Below, in pieces: positions 1 through 12,646 of a stretch of DNA of 64,000 nucleotides. Source of the DNA: Gammaproteobacteria bacterium (GTDB lineage Bacteria > Pseudomonadota > Gammaproteobacteria > Eutrophobiales > Eutrophobiaceae). Position 1 is the stretch's first letter. Every line of letters begins with the position of its first letter. The stretch covers positions 1,824,001 to 1,888,000 of the forward strand of contig OZ244905.1 in the NCBI GenBank assembly GCA_965221695.1, written 5' to 3'. A program made the position numbers and the translations under genes. The notes beneath the pieces were generated by a model, which was not told where the DNA came from, did no database searches, and saw only the letters and a program-made list of their open reading frames with translations.

Positions 1-224
1 GAGTACGTTTTCTACAATGCTGCGAGCAGGAATGCGATGGCAGCGACCACAGCCGCCAGCGTAATTTAATGGGGTCGGGTCTATCTGCACAATCTCACGT
101 CCCAAGTGCGCGTAGCAATCGTCAAGGTGATGGACGATCTGAAAAACGTAGCAATCAAACTCTCATGATCAGGTCTCTGCACACGTATGTAACTGTTGGC
201 ACAAGACCAAGGTCAGTCCCACGT

Positions 225-446
225 ACCACTCCCACAACAGCAGGAGTCCAATCGAAAACTGTGCCACCCGAAGGGCGACCCATTGTTCACCTGGATTCCT
301 GCTTACGCAGGAATGGGTTCGGGGGGACGCTCACATGAACATCGCCACCATAACCACTCCCGCGAAAGCGGGAGTCCAGTCGAATACTGCGTCGCCCGCA
401 GGGCGACCCCTTGTCTCACTGGATTCCCGCTTCCGCGGGAATGGGG
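225..446. repeat. Two tandem BIME-like units (~128 bp period), each with a convergent pair of REP-like palindromes
   Basis: ACCACTCCC..GGAGTCCA at 225 and 353; CTGGATTCC..GGAATG at 291 and 419; shared internal hairpin GCC(A/G)CCCG(A/C)AGGGCGACCC. Confidence 0.8.
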
Positions 447-533
447 CGGGGCGCAGGTCAGCTAGCAAAATTTACGTAGAAATATAACGTAAACTCGGAT
501 TAACGCGGCGCCGGCCTGAAACGGGCTGTTCAA

Positions 534-1265
534 TTATGGCCTGCCCGCCTCGATCAATGCCTGGGCCAGTAGTTTGGGGTTGGTATAACAGACTTCATGG
601 CTACCCGGCTTCTGCACGACCCTGCACAGGCCCAGGCGGTCCGCCATCCTGGGATACCAGGCATACTCTCCATGGGGCAGGACAAGATCATCCGTGAAGT
701 TGATATAGCTCCTGGGGACGTTCAGCCGTTGAAAGCCCCGCATGCTGATCTTTTCGTTTTGTGAATAGACACAGACCGGCTTCAGGCCCGCATAAACCCG
801 CTCGGCCGTTTCCAGGTCGGCATCGTTGATGAAGCGTTCGCGAAAAACGTCGAAAGGCAACATCCAGTTGGTTCTCTCGCCTTCTTTTTTGATGATCGCG
901 TCAAACATCTGGCGGTGCCCGGGTGTTACCACATCATAGATGCATTCCCCGTCTTCCAGCACCAGGGCGTTCTGAAATACCAGACGCTTGACGCGGTCGG
1001 CCACCTGTTCTGCCACGTTCGGAATCACGATCCCGGCAAAGCTGTGGCCCGCCAGGATGAAGTCGCGGATGTCTTTCTCCAGGATGTAGTCAACCACGGA
1101 CCTCACACAATCCGCCTGGGTGAAAAAATTGCCGGCTTCCTCACCGTGGCCGGCCATCGTTGGCGCATAGGCGATGTGGCCGTGCCTGTTGAGTTCCTCG
1201 ATCACCTGACTCCAGCAGGATTCATCGTGCATGGAACCATGCACCAGCACAAATGTCAGTTTCAT
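534..1265 (-). CDS. Alpha/beta hydrolase (esterase family)
   Basis: FVLVHG, GHSFAG nucleophile elbow, C-terminal GSHE; probable start MKLTFV at 1265 (ORF extends to 1319). Confidence 0.85.
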   Translation of the reverse strand: MKLTFVLVHGSMHDESCWSQVIEELNRHGHIAYAPTMAGHGEEAGNFFTQADCVRSVVDYILEKDIRDFILAGHSFAGIVIPNVAEQVADRVKRLVFQNALVLEDGECIYDVVTPGHRQMFDAIIKKEGERTNWMLPFDVFRERFINDADLETAERVYAGLKPVCVYSQNEKISMRGFQRLNVPRSYINFTDDLVLPHGEYAWYPRMADRLGLCRVVQKPGSHEVCYTNPKLLAQALIEAGRP

Positions 1266-1320
1266 GTCTGTATATGTCTCACTATAATCATCACCGAGCG
1301 GGTTGATATCATTAAGCAAC

Positions 1321-2202
1321 CTACTCGCCGCCCCCGGCTTCTGTCAAGGCCGACTCCCAGGCAATCAGCGCTTTTTTGTTCTCGATTCCCCAGCGATAAC
1401 CTCCCAGCAAGCCGGATGTGCGTAAAATACGATGGCAGGGTATCAGGTAAGAGACCGGATTGGCGCCCACTGCAGAAGCTGTGGCTCTAACGGCTGAAGG
1501 GTTGCCGGTAAGTTGCGCCAACTGCTTGTAGGAGATCAGACTCCCTTCCGGTATTCTGAGCAGGGCGCGCCAGACATTGACCTGGAAATTTGTGCCTCTG
1601 ACGAAAAGACGAAACTGTTTCTGATGCCCGTCACGTTCTTGATTTCCGGCGTTGAACAGGCTGTTCGCCAATGGGCCGGTACGTAGCGGATCGCAGTAAA
1701 TCTGCGCCGCGGGCCAACGCTTGTCCATCTCGTTTGCCTCCTGCTCAAGCAGTTCCATTGAACCGAACGCCAATTCGCAGATGCCTTTATCGGTCAGCGC
1801 CAGCAACATCATCCCGATCGGACAAGGATGGATGCCATAATATATCTTCAGGCCGTAACCGAGTCGCTTGTATTGACCCGGGGTAACTGCCTCGATGGAA
1901 ACAAACTGATCATGCAGCCGGCCTGGCCCCGACAAACCCAGGTCAAGCGCCGTGTCAAGTATACTGGCCGATTTATCCAACAATTTCCTCGCGTGCTGTA
2001 CCGTCAGGAACTCCAGGAAGCGCTTGGGACTCACCCCCACCCAGGACGTGAATTTCTTCTGGAAGTGCCAGGGGCTCAAGCCGAAGTGGGTCGCTACCTG
2101 CTCAAGAGAAGGTTGCAGGCCGGCGTTATCGCGAATATAGGCAATCGCTTGCGCAATCTGTTCATAATCTCCCGCCTGGGTTAAGCGATTAGCGACATTC
2201 AT
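1321..2202 (-). CDS. ada: Ada-like AraC HTH / O6-methylguanine-DNA methyltransferase
   Basis: N-terminal AraC HTH (PSLEQVA..SPWHFQKKF), IPCHR active site, GGYRWG; lacks the N-terminal Zn domain. Confidence 0.85.
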   Translation of the reverse strand: MNVANRLTQAGDYEQIAQAIAYIRDNAGLQPSLEQVATHFGLSPWHFQKKFTSWVGVSPKRFLEFLTVQHARKLLDKSASILDTALDLGLSGPGRLHDQFVSIEAVTPGQYKRLGYGLKIYYGIHPCPIGMMLLALTDKGICELAFGSMELLEQEANEMDKRWPAAQIYCDPLRTGPLANSLFNAGNQERDGHQKQFRLFVRGTNFQVNVWRALLRIPEGSLISYKQLAQLTGNPSAVRATASAVGANPVSYLIPCHRILRTSGLLGGYRWGIENKKALIAWESALTEAGGGE

Positions 2203-2234
2203 CGGAAAAGTATAGGTTATTCAGACATCCCATC

Positions 2235-2248
2235 CACCCGAATCTTGC
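2235..2248 (-). promoter_or_regulatory. Possible Ada-box-like site
   Basis: GCAAGATTCGGGTG on the minus strand ~35 bp upstream of the ada-like start; GCAAGATT resembles the E. coli ada promoter B box as recalled. Confidence 0.3.
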
Positions 2249-2269
2249 TATCCGGCACAGAAGAACCAG

Positions 2270-2629
2270 TCAAGCGAAAGGAACAAGTCGTGATCTTCGA
2301 ATACGTTTGTCACGTGTAAGCAATGGCACACGATGGACAATGCTCGTCGCCGCTATCAATTCATCAGCCGGGTCACTCCGGAAATCCAGTTGAGTTGAAA
2401 CGCGAGCTATGTCCAAATCAATAGGCCAGACGTGAATACTCGACAAAACGGTCTCAATCTCCGGTTCATCGAGGTCAATCAGGATTCTGCCAAGTTGAAC
2501 AAGCTTTGCTAATTCCCATAGGACAATGGCAGAAATGCCCCAGGGATTATCTCTGAGCAGAGACCGCTCGCTGGGACGAATCTCATCGCACAACGCGTGG
2601 ATCAGAACATGGGTATCAAGATTGATCAT
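2270..2629 (-). CDS. vapC: PIN-domain VapC toxin
   Basis: MINLDTHVLI, ISAIVLWE, DPADELIAAT, LLTRD; overlaps the antitoxin 3' end. Confidence 0.9.
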   Translation of the reverse strand: MINLDTHVLIHALCDEIRPSERSLLRDNPWGISAIVLWELAKLVQLGRILIDLDEPEIETVLSSIHVWPIDLDIARVSTQLDFRSDPADELIAATSIVHRVPLLTRDKRIRRSRLVPFA

Positions 2630-2849
2630 CGGCATCCCATGCCAGCCCGGTCGAAAAAATGTCCCCATGCACAGAGAGTTTGTTACGCAGACATCCAATC
2701 AATGATCCGGGCTGTTTCGGGTAAGGAATGACCCGGGCGACAGGCCGGCCGTGCTTGGTAATCACAATACCCTGAGCATCAAGATTGTCAAGCAACGCCA
2801 GGCAATGTTCCTTGAATTTTGCGGCGCCGATGGTGGGTAGAGATTTCAT
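2616..2849 (-). CDS. Phd/YefM family antitoxin
   Basis: AAKFKEHCLALLD..IVITKHGRPVARV, upstream of the PIN toxin. Confidence 0.9.
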   Translation of the reverse strand: MKSLPTIGAAKFKEHCLALLDNLDAQGIVITKHGRPVARVIPYPKQPGSLIGCLRNKLSVHGDIFSTGLAWDADDQS

Positions 2850-2860
2850 TGAAAATAAAG

Positions 2861-2896
2861 TGTCTATATTTTATGACCAGTCACATATTATGGACA
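2861..2896. promoter_or_regulatory. Putative antitoxin operator
   Basis: Nested inverted repeat TGTCTATA..TGACCAGTCA..TATGGACA just upstream of the antitoxin start. Confidence 0.55.
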
Positions 2897-2926
2897 TATT
2901 TTCGATATTGTCAATTATCATGTTAA

Positions 2927-3005
2927 GGAACATCTGATTAAGTCAGATGTTACTACGATACAAGGATGCATCGACAAGTCCAGGATGGACTTGTTCAGAG
3001 TTTCC
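2927..3005. mobile_element. 79-bp MITE with IS5-like ends and TTAA target duplication
   Basis: TTAA-GGAACATCTGATTAAGTC...GACTTGTTCAGAGTTTCC-TTAA; both ends match the 223-bp element at 58134. Confidence 0.8.
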
Positions 3006-3480
3006 TTAAATTCATCGGGCTGAGCACGATGCCGTCCTCATCGGCATAGAGCCAGTCTCCAGGTTTGAAGGTGGCGTCGGCGAAGTTCAGGGTGATGTCG
3101 CGTTCGCCCTTGCCTTGCTTGACGCTGCGCCTGGGGTTCGTGCCTAGGGATTTGATGCCGATCTCCAGTGTAGAGATGACTGCGGAATCCCTGATGCATC
3201 CATGGACGATCAATCCCTCCCAGCCATTCTTTATACCCAGTTCCGCCAGCTTATCGCCGACCAGGGCGCAACGGATTGACCCGCCGCCATCCACCACCAG
3301 CACGCGGCCATCGCCAGGTTCTTCCAGGGCAGCACGGACGAGGGAATTGTCCTCGAAACACTTTACCGTGGAGATGGGGCCGGCGAATGCTGTTTTGCGA
3401 CCGAATGACTGCATCAGAATGTTGGCCACCTGGACTTTGCCTTCATGCTCATCGTAAAGATCTGCTGTTGAAAATGTCAT
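2995..3480 (-). CDS. rraA: RraA family protein (RNase E regulator / HMG aldolase-like)
   Basis: TADLYD, KCFEDNS, VLVVDGGGS..ALVGD, GCIRD, YADEDGI. Confidence 0.92.
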   Translation of the reverse strand: MTFSTADLYDEHEGKVQVANILMQSFGRKTAFAGPISTVKCFEDNSLVRAALEEPGDGRVLVVDGGGSIRCALVGDKLAELGIKNGWEGLIVHGCIRDSAVISTLEIGIKSLGTNPRRSVKQGKGERDITLNFADATFKPGDWLYADEDGIVLSPMNLRKL

Positions 3481-4838
3481 TTCTTTTGCCTGTTCCGCTT
3501 CCAGTCTTTGACGACTTTCGCTTGCCGTTTGTTCATTGCCAGGGCATCGGCCTGCACGTCTTTGGAAATCGTGGCGCCGGCAGCTATCGTGGCGCCGTCG
3601 CTGATTCTCAGCGGGGCGATGAGTTCGGTATTGGAACCGATAAACACGTCATCGCCGATGATTGTCCTGTGTTTCTCAACCCCATCGTAGTTGCAGGTAA
3701 TTGTTCCGGCGCCAATGTTAACCCGTTCACCCACCTTGCTGTCGCCGATGTAGCTCAGATGGTTCGCTTTTGACCCCTGACCTATTTCCGATTGTTTTAT
3801 CTCGACGAAATTGCCGATATGTATGTCTTCACCGAGGCTGGAACCGGGTCGAATCCTGGCGAACGGCCCGATCCTGTTGCTTGCGCCGATATCGGCATTA
3901 TCCACAATGCAGTTGGCAAAGATATTTGCCCCGTCCCCAATGCGGGTATCCCGGATCACGCAGTTGGGGCCGATCGAAACCCGGCTGCCGATATTCACAT
4001 CCCCTTCTATGACGACGTTGATGTCGATAAAAACATCCTCGCCGGTTCTCAGACTCCCGCGCAAATCGAAGCGCGCCGGGTCGGCCAGGGTGACTCCCCG
4101 CCGCATCAATTCCTCAGCCTGCAGAAGCTGGTAGTGACGTTCCAGCTCTGCCAGTTGGACACGGTCATTCACGCCTTTTATCTCCATGACCGATGCGCTG
4201 GAAAGCGTCCGCACCGCTACACCTTCGGCAACAGCCAGACCGACAATATCCGTCAGCAGGTATTCCTGTTGGGCATTATCGTCGGTGAGCTGACCCAGCC
4301 ATTTTTTCATTCGCGCCGAACGCACTACCATGATCCCGGTATTGATCTCGCACAAGGATTTCTCCGCTTCGCTGGCATCTTTCTGTTCGACGATTTTCAG
4401 GATCTTGCCCTCATGATCGCGCACTATACGGCCATAACCCGTGGGGTCTTCAACGCGGGCGGTAAGCAGGCTGAACCCGGTATCTGCCGCCGCTTCCGCA
4501 AGCGCGGCCAGGGTTTCCCGGGTAATCAAAGGCACGTCACCATAGAGAACGATGACATGATGGGATCGGGGAATGGAATCGATAACCTGCATCAAGGCAT
4601 GGCCAGTGCCCAGTTGCCGCTCCTGTCTGACCCAATGAGCGCGCAAGGTCTGATGCGCTGCGCGTACCTGCTCGCCCCCGTGCCCGTCAATAATATAGAC
4701 CTGATCACAGGCGCGGATGGCGCTATCGTAAACATGCGCCAGCAGTGTTCTGCCCGCCAAGGTATGCATGACCTTGGGCAGTGAGGAGCGCATACGCTTG
4801 CCTTGTCCGGCGGCAAGGATAACAGCGCTCAGAGGCAT
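3477..4838 (-). CDS. glmU: Bifunctional UDP-GlcNAc pyrophosphorylase / glucosamine-1-P acetyltransferase
   Basis: LAAGQGKRM..PKVMH, QLGTGHA, hexapeptide repeats, CNYDG; follows atpC. Confidence 0.97.
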   Translation of the reverse strand: MPLSAVILAAGQGKRMRSSLPKVMHTLAGRTLLAHVYDSAIRACDQVYIIDGHGGEQVRAAHQTLRAHWVRQERQLGTGHALMQVIDSIPRSHHVIVLYGDVPLITRETLAALAEAAADTGFSLLTARVEDPTGYGRIVRDHEGKILKIVEQKDASEAEKSLCEINTGIMVVRSARMKKWLGQLTDDNAQQEYLLTDIVGLAVAEGVAVRTLSSASVMEIKGVNDRVQLAELERHYQLLQAEELMRRGVTLADPARFDLRGSLRTGEDVFIDINVVIEGDVNIGSRVSIGPNCVIRDTRIGDGANIFANCIVDNADIGASNRIGPFARIRPGSSLGEDIHIGNFVEIKQSEIGQGSKANHLSYIGDSKVGERVNIGAGTITCNYDGVEKHRTIIGDDVFIGSNTELIAPLRISDGATIAAGATISKDVQADALAMNKRQAKVVKDWKRNRQKK

Positions 4839-4953
4839 GATATCGAGTTACGGTTCATCTACCACGGGCGACTGAATGCAAGAGACATACAGGGTTGTAT
4901 GGTAGCAGATTTTTTGTTTGTGTCCTTATCCGTTTATTGCGTGAGACATAGCG

Positions 4954-5376
4954 CTAACGCCCGCTGCGCTGGCGTAACCGGCGGATAGCTTGCAGTTGGG
5001 CAACTGCTTCTGCGTTTCTTGCCAGAGCAGTGGCGTATTCCATTTCCGCTTCGCGATCGTGTAACTGGCGTTCGGCTTCCTCCTTGGCCTTGAGTACCGC
5101 CGCTTCATCTAGGTCTTCGGCGCGCATGGCCGTATCTGACAGTACCGTGACCACATTCGGTTGCACTTCCAGCATCCCGCCGGATACATAAAATCCCTCC
5201 TCGTTGCCACCGGCATGCCTGACACGGACTTCACCGGGCGCCAGTTGTGTCACCAACGGTGTGTGTCCCGGCGCAATACCCACTTCTCCCAGGATAGCCG
5301 GCGCAAAAACCATTTCCGCATCACCGGAAAAGATTTCCTTTTCGGCGCTGACGATGTCAACCTGTATCGTACTCAT
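4954..5376 (-). CDS. atpC: ATP synthase epsilon subunit
   Basis: VDIVSAEKEIFSG, GIAPGHTPL, SGGMLEVQP. Confidence 0.97.
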   Translation of the reverse strand: MSTIQVDIVSAEKEIFSGDAEMVFAPAILGEVGIAPGHTPLVTQLAPGEVRVRHAGGNEEGFYVSGGMLEVQPNVVTVLSDTAMRAEDLDEAAVLKAKEEAERQLHDREAEMEYATALARNAEAVAQLQAIRRLRQRSGR

Positions 5377-5453
5377 AATCTACTCCACCTCTCTCGCCAA
5401 TCCAGTTGCCGCTGCGGCAAGCCTGTTTTCGCTGGCATGCAGTTCCGACCGCA

Positions 5454-6863
<1,410 letters not shown>

Positions 6864-6883
6864 TTATCCTCGATAAATTTAAC

Positions 6884-6912
6884 AGAAGCTCTGACTTAAT
6901 CTCAGAGTTTCC
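6884..6912 (-). repeat. Solo MITE terminal hairpin in the atpG-atpD spacer
   Basis: AGAAGCTCTGACTTAATCTCAGAGTTTCC matches the reverse complement of the 58134-58160 terminus with a 2-nt insertion. Confidence 0.7.
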
Positions 6913-6926
6913 TTGGATTGATATAA

Positions 6927-7790
6927 TCAGACTGCCGCTGCGCCGCCGACAATCTCTGAAATTTCCTGTGTGATCGCAGCCTGGCGCGCCTTGTTGTAAA
7001 TCAATTGCAATTCTTCGATCAGCGTTCCGGCATTATCGGATGCGCTTTTCATCGCTACCATGCGCGCCGCCTGTTCACAGGCGATATTCTCCACCACCGC
7101 CTGGTAAATCAACGATTCGATATAGCGTTGCAACAACTGCTCAAGCACCTCTTTGGCATCGGGCTCATAAATGTAATCCCAGTAATGTGTTAATTCCTCG
7201 TCCTGAATGGAGCGAATCGGCAAAAGCTGCTCAACCGTTGGTTTTTGTGTCATTGAATTGACAAAATGGTTGGAGACGATGTACAACTCGTCGATCTTCT
7301 CCTGCAGGTAAGCATCCAATATTGCCTTGATAGCGCCGATCAGTATATCGAGACCGGGAGCATCCCCGATATGAGTAGTCTGGGCGAGGACGTTTGTGCC
7401 GAAGCGTCGGAAATAGCCTGCCGCCTTGTTGCCGATGATACTCAGATCAATGCCAATCCCGGAGTCATCCCATTCTTTCATCTTCGCAAGAACATCGCGA
7501 AACAGGTTTGAGTTAAGTCCGCCACAAAGACCGCGATCGGTAGATATCACGATCAACCCGACACGCTTTATCTCCGTCCTGGGAACAAGATAAGGATGCT
7601 TGTATTCAGGATTGGCCGCGCCCAGGTGGGCAATCACATTGCGTATCTTATCGGCGTACGGGCGCGCGGCGCGCATCCGTTCCTGTGCCTTGCGCATCTT
7701 GCTCGCGGCAACCATTTCCATGGCCTTGGTGATCTTCTGCGTGTTTTTCACGCTTGCGATCTTGGTACGAATTTCTTTGCCTACTGCCAT
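6927..7790 (-). CDS. atpG: ATP synthase gamma subunit
   Basis: [32 protein letters not shown]. Confidence 0.99.
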   Translation of the reverse strand: MAVGKEIRTKIASVKNTQKITKAMEMVAASKMRKAQERMRAARPYADKIRNVIAHLGAANPEYKHPYLVPRTEIKRVGLIVISTDRGLCGGLNSNLFRDVLAKMKEWDDSGIGIDLSIIGNKAAGYFRRFGTNVLAQTTHIGDAPGLDILIGAIKAILDAYLQEKIDELYIVSNHFVNSMTQKPTVEQLLPIRSIQDEELTHYWDYIYEPDAKEVLEQLLQRYIESLIYQAVVENIACEQAARMVAMKSASDNAGTLIEELQLIYNKARQAAITQEISEIVGGAAAV

Positions 7791-7872
7791 TTGCTCTTGT
7801 TGTTCCTGATGTTTACGCTGACACTGCCCGGATAAGGACTATTATCCCGTTGGTTGAAAAGTCCGGGAGACC

Positions 7873-9414
7873 TTACCATGTATGATTCTGTTTGAAATCC
7901 TCCAGGCTCTTTGTTAAAGCAGCCTCAACGGCTTCGGTATACGCTGCTTTTTCCTGGATTTCCGCCATCAGTTCTTTCTGCTCGCTATGCATGTAGTCAT
8001 GCAATGCCGCCTCGAAATCACTCACCTTTTCCAACTCCACGTCATCGAGGAAACCGTTTTCTACCGCAAAAAGACTCACCGCTATCGCAGCTACGCTTAA
8101 CGGGGAGTATTGTTTCTGTTTCATCAATTCCATCACGCGCTGACCGCGTTCCAACTGTTTGCGGGTTGCTTCATCCAGGTCGGAGGCAAATTGCGCAAAT
8201 GCAGCCAGCTCACGGTATTGGGCCAACGCCAGGCGGATACCACCGCCCAGCTTCTTGATGATCTTTGTCTGCGCCGCGCCGCCCACGCGGGAAACCGATA
8301 AACCGGCGTTAATAGCCGGTCGGAAACCGGAATTGAACAGGTCTGTTTCCAGGTAAATCTGGCCGTCGGTGATTGAAATCACGTTGGTGGGGACAAACGC
8401 GGACACATCGCCTGCCTGGGTCTCGATAATGGGCAATGCAGTGAGCGAACCGGTCTTGCCCTTAACCTTACCGCCGGTCATTTTCTCGACTGCGTCTGCA
8501 TTGATACGAGACGCCCGTTCCAGCAATCTTGAATGCAGGTAGAAGACGTCGCCCGGGTAGGCTTCACGCCCCGGCGGTCGCCGCAACAACAATGAGACCT
8601 GGCGATAAGCCCAGGCTTGCTTGGTCAAGTCATCATAAATTATCAGCGCGTCTTCACCGCGGTCACGAAAATATTCACCCATCGCGCAACCGGAGTAAGG
8701 CGCAATATACTGCATTGCCGCGGAATCCGATGCGGTGGCCGCAACAATGATGGTGTGTTCCAGCGCCCCGTGTTCTTCCAGTTTGCGAATAACAACATTG
8801 ATTGACGAGGCCTTTTGTCCAATGGCCACGTAGATACATTTCACCCCGGTGCCTTTCTGGTTGATGATGGTATCCACTGCTACTGCGGTTTTCCCGGTTT
8901 GCCGGTCGCCGATGATCAACTCGCGTTGCCCGCGCCCGATCGGTACCATCGAGTCGATAGATTTCAAACCGGTTTGTACCGGCTGTGAAACGGACTGTCT
9001 CTGAATCACGCCGGGCGCGATCTTTTCGATGGGTGAGGATTCATCGGTATCGATTTCGCCTTTCCCGTCAATGGGAGTCCCCAGCGAGTCGACGACGCGT
9101 CCCAATAATGCCTCTCCCACGGGTACTTCCAGGATGCGCTTGGTGCATTTGACGGTATCGCCTTCGGAAATGTGTTCGTAACTTCCCAGTATCACGGCGC
9201 CGACTGAATCCCGTTCCAGGTTAAGAGCCAGGCCGTAGGTATTACCGGGAAATTCGAGCATCTCCCCCTGCATCGCATCACTCAGACCATGGATCCTGGC
9301 AATCCCGTCCGACAGGTTGACCACTGTGCCTTCCGTGCGCGCTTCGGTATCCAGGTCAAAATCCTGTATCTTCTTTTTTATCAGTTCACTGATTTCTGTA
9401 GCGCTGATTGACAT
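7873..9414 (-). CDS. atpA: ATP synthase alpha subunit
   Basis: [29 protein letters not shown]. Confidence 0.99.
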   Translation of the reverse strand: MSISATEISELIKKKIQDFDLDTEARTEGTVVNLSDGIARIHGLSDAMQGEMLEFPGNTYGLALNLERDSVGAVILGSYEHISEGDTVKCTKRILEVPVGEALLGRVVDSLGTPIDGKGEIDTDESSPIEKIAPGVIQRQSVSQPVQTGLKSIDSMVPIGRGQRELIIGDRQTGKTAVAVDTIINQKGTGVKCIYVAIGQKASSINVVIRKLEEHGALEHTIIVAATASDSAAMQYIAPYSGCAMGEYFRDRGEDALIIYDDLTKQAWAYRQVSLLLRRPPGREAYPGDVFYLHSRLLERASRINADAVEKMTGGKVKGKTGSLTALPIIETQAGDVSAFVPTNVISITDGQIYLETDLFNSGFRPAINAGLSVSRVGGAAQTKIIKKLGGGIRLALAQYRELAAFAQFASDLDEATRKQLERGQRVMELMKQKQYSPLSVAAIAVSLFAVENGFLDDVELEKVSDFEAALHDYMHSEQKELMAEIQEKAAYTEAVEAALTKSLEDFKQNHTW

Positions 9415-9548
9415 CGCTGTTCCTCATTTTTTCTTTCAATAGCCGCAGATGAGACAGGCAGACACAAACCAGATGGTGTTGAAGCGGTCGGCCCTTCAGT
9501 CTGATACTGTTTTTCATCTACAGTCGGGTATGATTTGTGGGTTTCACG

Positions 9549-10082
9549 TCAGCTTAGTTGATTACGCATTTCGGTCAGCCGGCCACGCAAAGACGCATCA
9601 ATGATCGAATCACCGGCGCGGATAACAGCGCCGCCAATCAAGGACTGGTCGATTGAAGTAACGATATTTACCTGTTTGCCCAAGCGTGCCGATATTGAGC
9701 CGGCTATAGTGTCCTTTTGTTGCTGGTCCAATTCATATGCCGTTACGACTTCAACTTCCAGCCTGCCTTCCGCGTCTGCCCGCATCTGTTCGTACAACTG
9801 CTTAATCTGCGGCGCATATTGCAACCGCTCTGCCTGAACCAGTATCTTTACCAGGTTTCGGCCTGTGTCGGAAAGCCCATCGCGATACACATCAAAGATC
9901 AATTCCTGCAGTTGCTCCGAACTGACTTTGGGGTTGAAAATCAGCCGGCGCATATCAGGGTCGGAGACAAGCAGGCCCAACAAGTCCAGCATGCTCGACC
10001 ACTCCGCCACCTGTTGCGACTCCTGGGCCAACTCAAACACGGCGGTCGCATAAGGTCTTGCTATGGTGACATTCTCTAGCAT
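9549..10082 (-). CDS. atpH: ATP synthase delta subunit
   Basis: TIARPYA, LIGGAVIRAGD..IDASLRG. Confidence 0.97.
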   Translation of the reverse strand: MLENVTIARPYATAVFELAQESQQVAEWSSMLDLLGLLVSDPDMRRLIFNPKVSSEQLQELIFDVYRDGLSDTGRNLVKILVQAERLQYAPQIKQLYEQMRADAEGRLEVEVVTAYELDQQQKDTIAGSISARLGKQVNIVTSIDQSLIGGAVIRAGDSIIDASLRGRLTEMRNQLS

Positions 10083-10112
10083 CGGTGCAATAGCGTCCTA
10101 TTTGAGGCTGTG

Positions 10113-10583
10113 TTACAAACGTGCGCCAATGTTGGCCAATACTTCATCATGCGCGGTCTTATCGACTTCACGCATCAGGATTTGTTCGGCGCCGGCCAAC
10201 GCAAGCGTCGCGACTTCCTCTCGCAACTGGTCTCTCGCCAGGGTGCGTTCCTGTTCGATTTCAGACCGGGCTGCTTCGATCAAGCGTTCGCCTTCCGTCT
10301 TTGCCGTGTTCTTCGCTTCTTCCATAATCTCATCCCCGCGTCTTTGCGCCTGGGCGATGATCTCCGCGGCCTGTTGTTTGCCTTCTTCCACCAACTCCAC
10401 CAGGCGGCGGTCGGCTTCCGTCAGCTTGGTCTGACCGGCCTCAGCGGCGGCGAGGCCATCGGCGATACGTTTTTCGCGTTCCTGCAGGGCCTGCATTATC
10501 GGCGGCCAGACAAACCGCATACAGAACCAGACAAAGATGAACAGCGATATCGCCTGGCCGAGCAGGGTAAGATTAATGTTCAT
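10113..10583 (-). CDS. atpF: ATP synthase F0 subunit b
   Basis: [17 protein letters not shown] followed by a coiled coil; 156 aa. Confidence 0.97.
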   Translation of the reverse strand: MNINLTLLGQAISLFIFVWFCMRFVWPPIMQALQEREKRIADGLAAAEAGQTKLTEADRRLVELVEEGKQQAAEIIAQAQRRGDEIMEEAKNTAKTEGERLIEAARSEIEQERTLARDQLREEVATLALAGAEQILMREVDKTAHDEVLANIGARL

Positions 10584-10602
10584 GCAGCAGGCTCCGCGCT
10601 GT

Positions 10603-10956
<354 letters not shown>

Positions 10957-10970
10957 TTATAGATGGAAAG

Positions 10971-11792
<822 letters not shown>

Positions 11793-11821
11793 TTAATCCT
11801 CCGTCTGCTTCCTGTGCTACG

Positions 11822-12223
11822 TTACCCTCGACCGGCGCGCAGGTTCACACTCAGCGCCCAGGCGTATACTGTCAGCGTCGCGGCATACGTGGTCACGAAT
11901 ACCGGAAAATTGACCGGCGCCGTCGCAAACACGATGCAGAACAGCGCTATCACCAGTAATATTTTCATAAAATGCGCCAGGCACAGGTTTCTGACGAACT
12001 GCTGCGCGCTCTTCGCCTTGCTGCCGAATACCTTTCTCCCCGTATACCACGTCGATAGCGCGCTGATGCCACCTGCAAGAATGGCAGACAAGGCCGCGAT
12101 GCGGCCCAGCGCCGGCAGCAGCAATACGCCGGCACAGAGCGCTATGCCGATTTGCATCAATGCGATCCTGTCAGGAACGACATTTATTCTCGGAGATTTC
12201 AAAAACCTGTCCACCAGGCACAA
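11822..12223 (-). CDS. atpI: ATP synthase subunit I (start uncertain)
   Basis: Four hydrophobic segments directly upstream of atpB. Confidence 0.75.
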   Translation of the reverse strand: MCLVDRFLKSPRINVVPDRIALMQIGIALCAGVLLLPALGRIAALSAILAGGISALSTWYTGRKVFGSKAKSAQQFVRNLCLAHFMKILLVIALFCIVFATAPVNFPVFVTTYAATLTVYAWALSVNLRAGRG

Positions 12224-12542
12224 CTCCCGTTTACGAGATGTGTTCAGTTGTATTTCTGCCCGGGGATCGGACCGTTCAGTCGTTGCTTTTATCCACGGTA
12301 ACGGGCAAAGTCGGGCGATTATAAAGGACTTGTCAGATTAAATCAATCATTGCGTTGCACAAAATTATTTCCCGAGCTTTTTATAGCCGTCTGATACAGT
12401 TTTAATATTGCTTTGAGACCAATCCAGCCAGTTTCTTACGTGCCTGCCAGCATTTTATATCTGCCTTTACAATAAGGATAAATATCGAATTTGATAGACG
12501 GTTCCATAAGAACTTCGACTTTGATTTGTCAACCTCGAAGAC

Positions 12543-12563
12543 CTGACTTAATCAGAGGTTCCC
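12543..12563 (-). repeat. Solo MITE end
   Basis: CTGACTTAATCAGAGGTTCCC matches the MITE terminus in reverse orientation. Confidence 0.7.
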
Positions 12564-12564
12564 T

Positions 12565-12617
12565 ATTTTAGGTTGACTCTAAAATAAACATGTCTATTAT
12601 AGAGTTAGCTCTAAAAT
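12565..12617. promoter_or_regulatory. Two tandem imperfect palindromes upstream of the AAA ATPase
   Basis: ATTTTAGGTTGACTCTAAAAT (12565-12585) and ATTATAGAGTTAGCTCTAAAAT (12596-12617). Confidence 0.55.
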
Positions 12618-12646
12618 TTACATGAACAAAGACGCACTGTGCAATA

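Noticed and set aside
225-446. CRISPR array
   Set aside because: Only two units, the intervening sequences resemble each other, and there are no cas genes
69-465. Two 89-aa ORFs
   Set aside because: They run through REP repeats and show no protein-like features
2217-2232. TTATTCAGACATCCC as a second MITE end bracketing the vapBC module
   Set aside because: Weak match, wrong orientation for a composite element, and no shared target duplication
3792-4784. Long antisense ORFs (also 11751-12341, 31487-32368, 52413-53363, 54904-55308)
   Set aside because: Shadows of well-supported genes on the opposite strand in GC-rich DNA; no recognisable motifs
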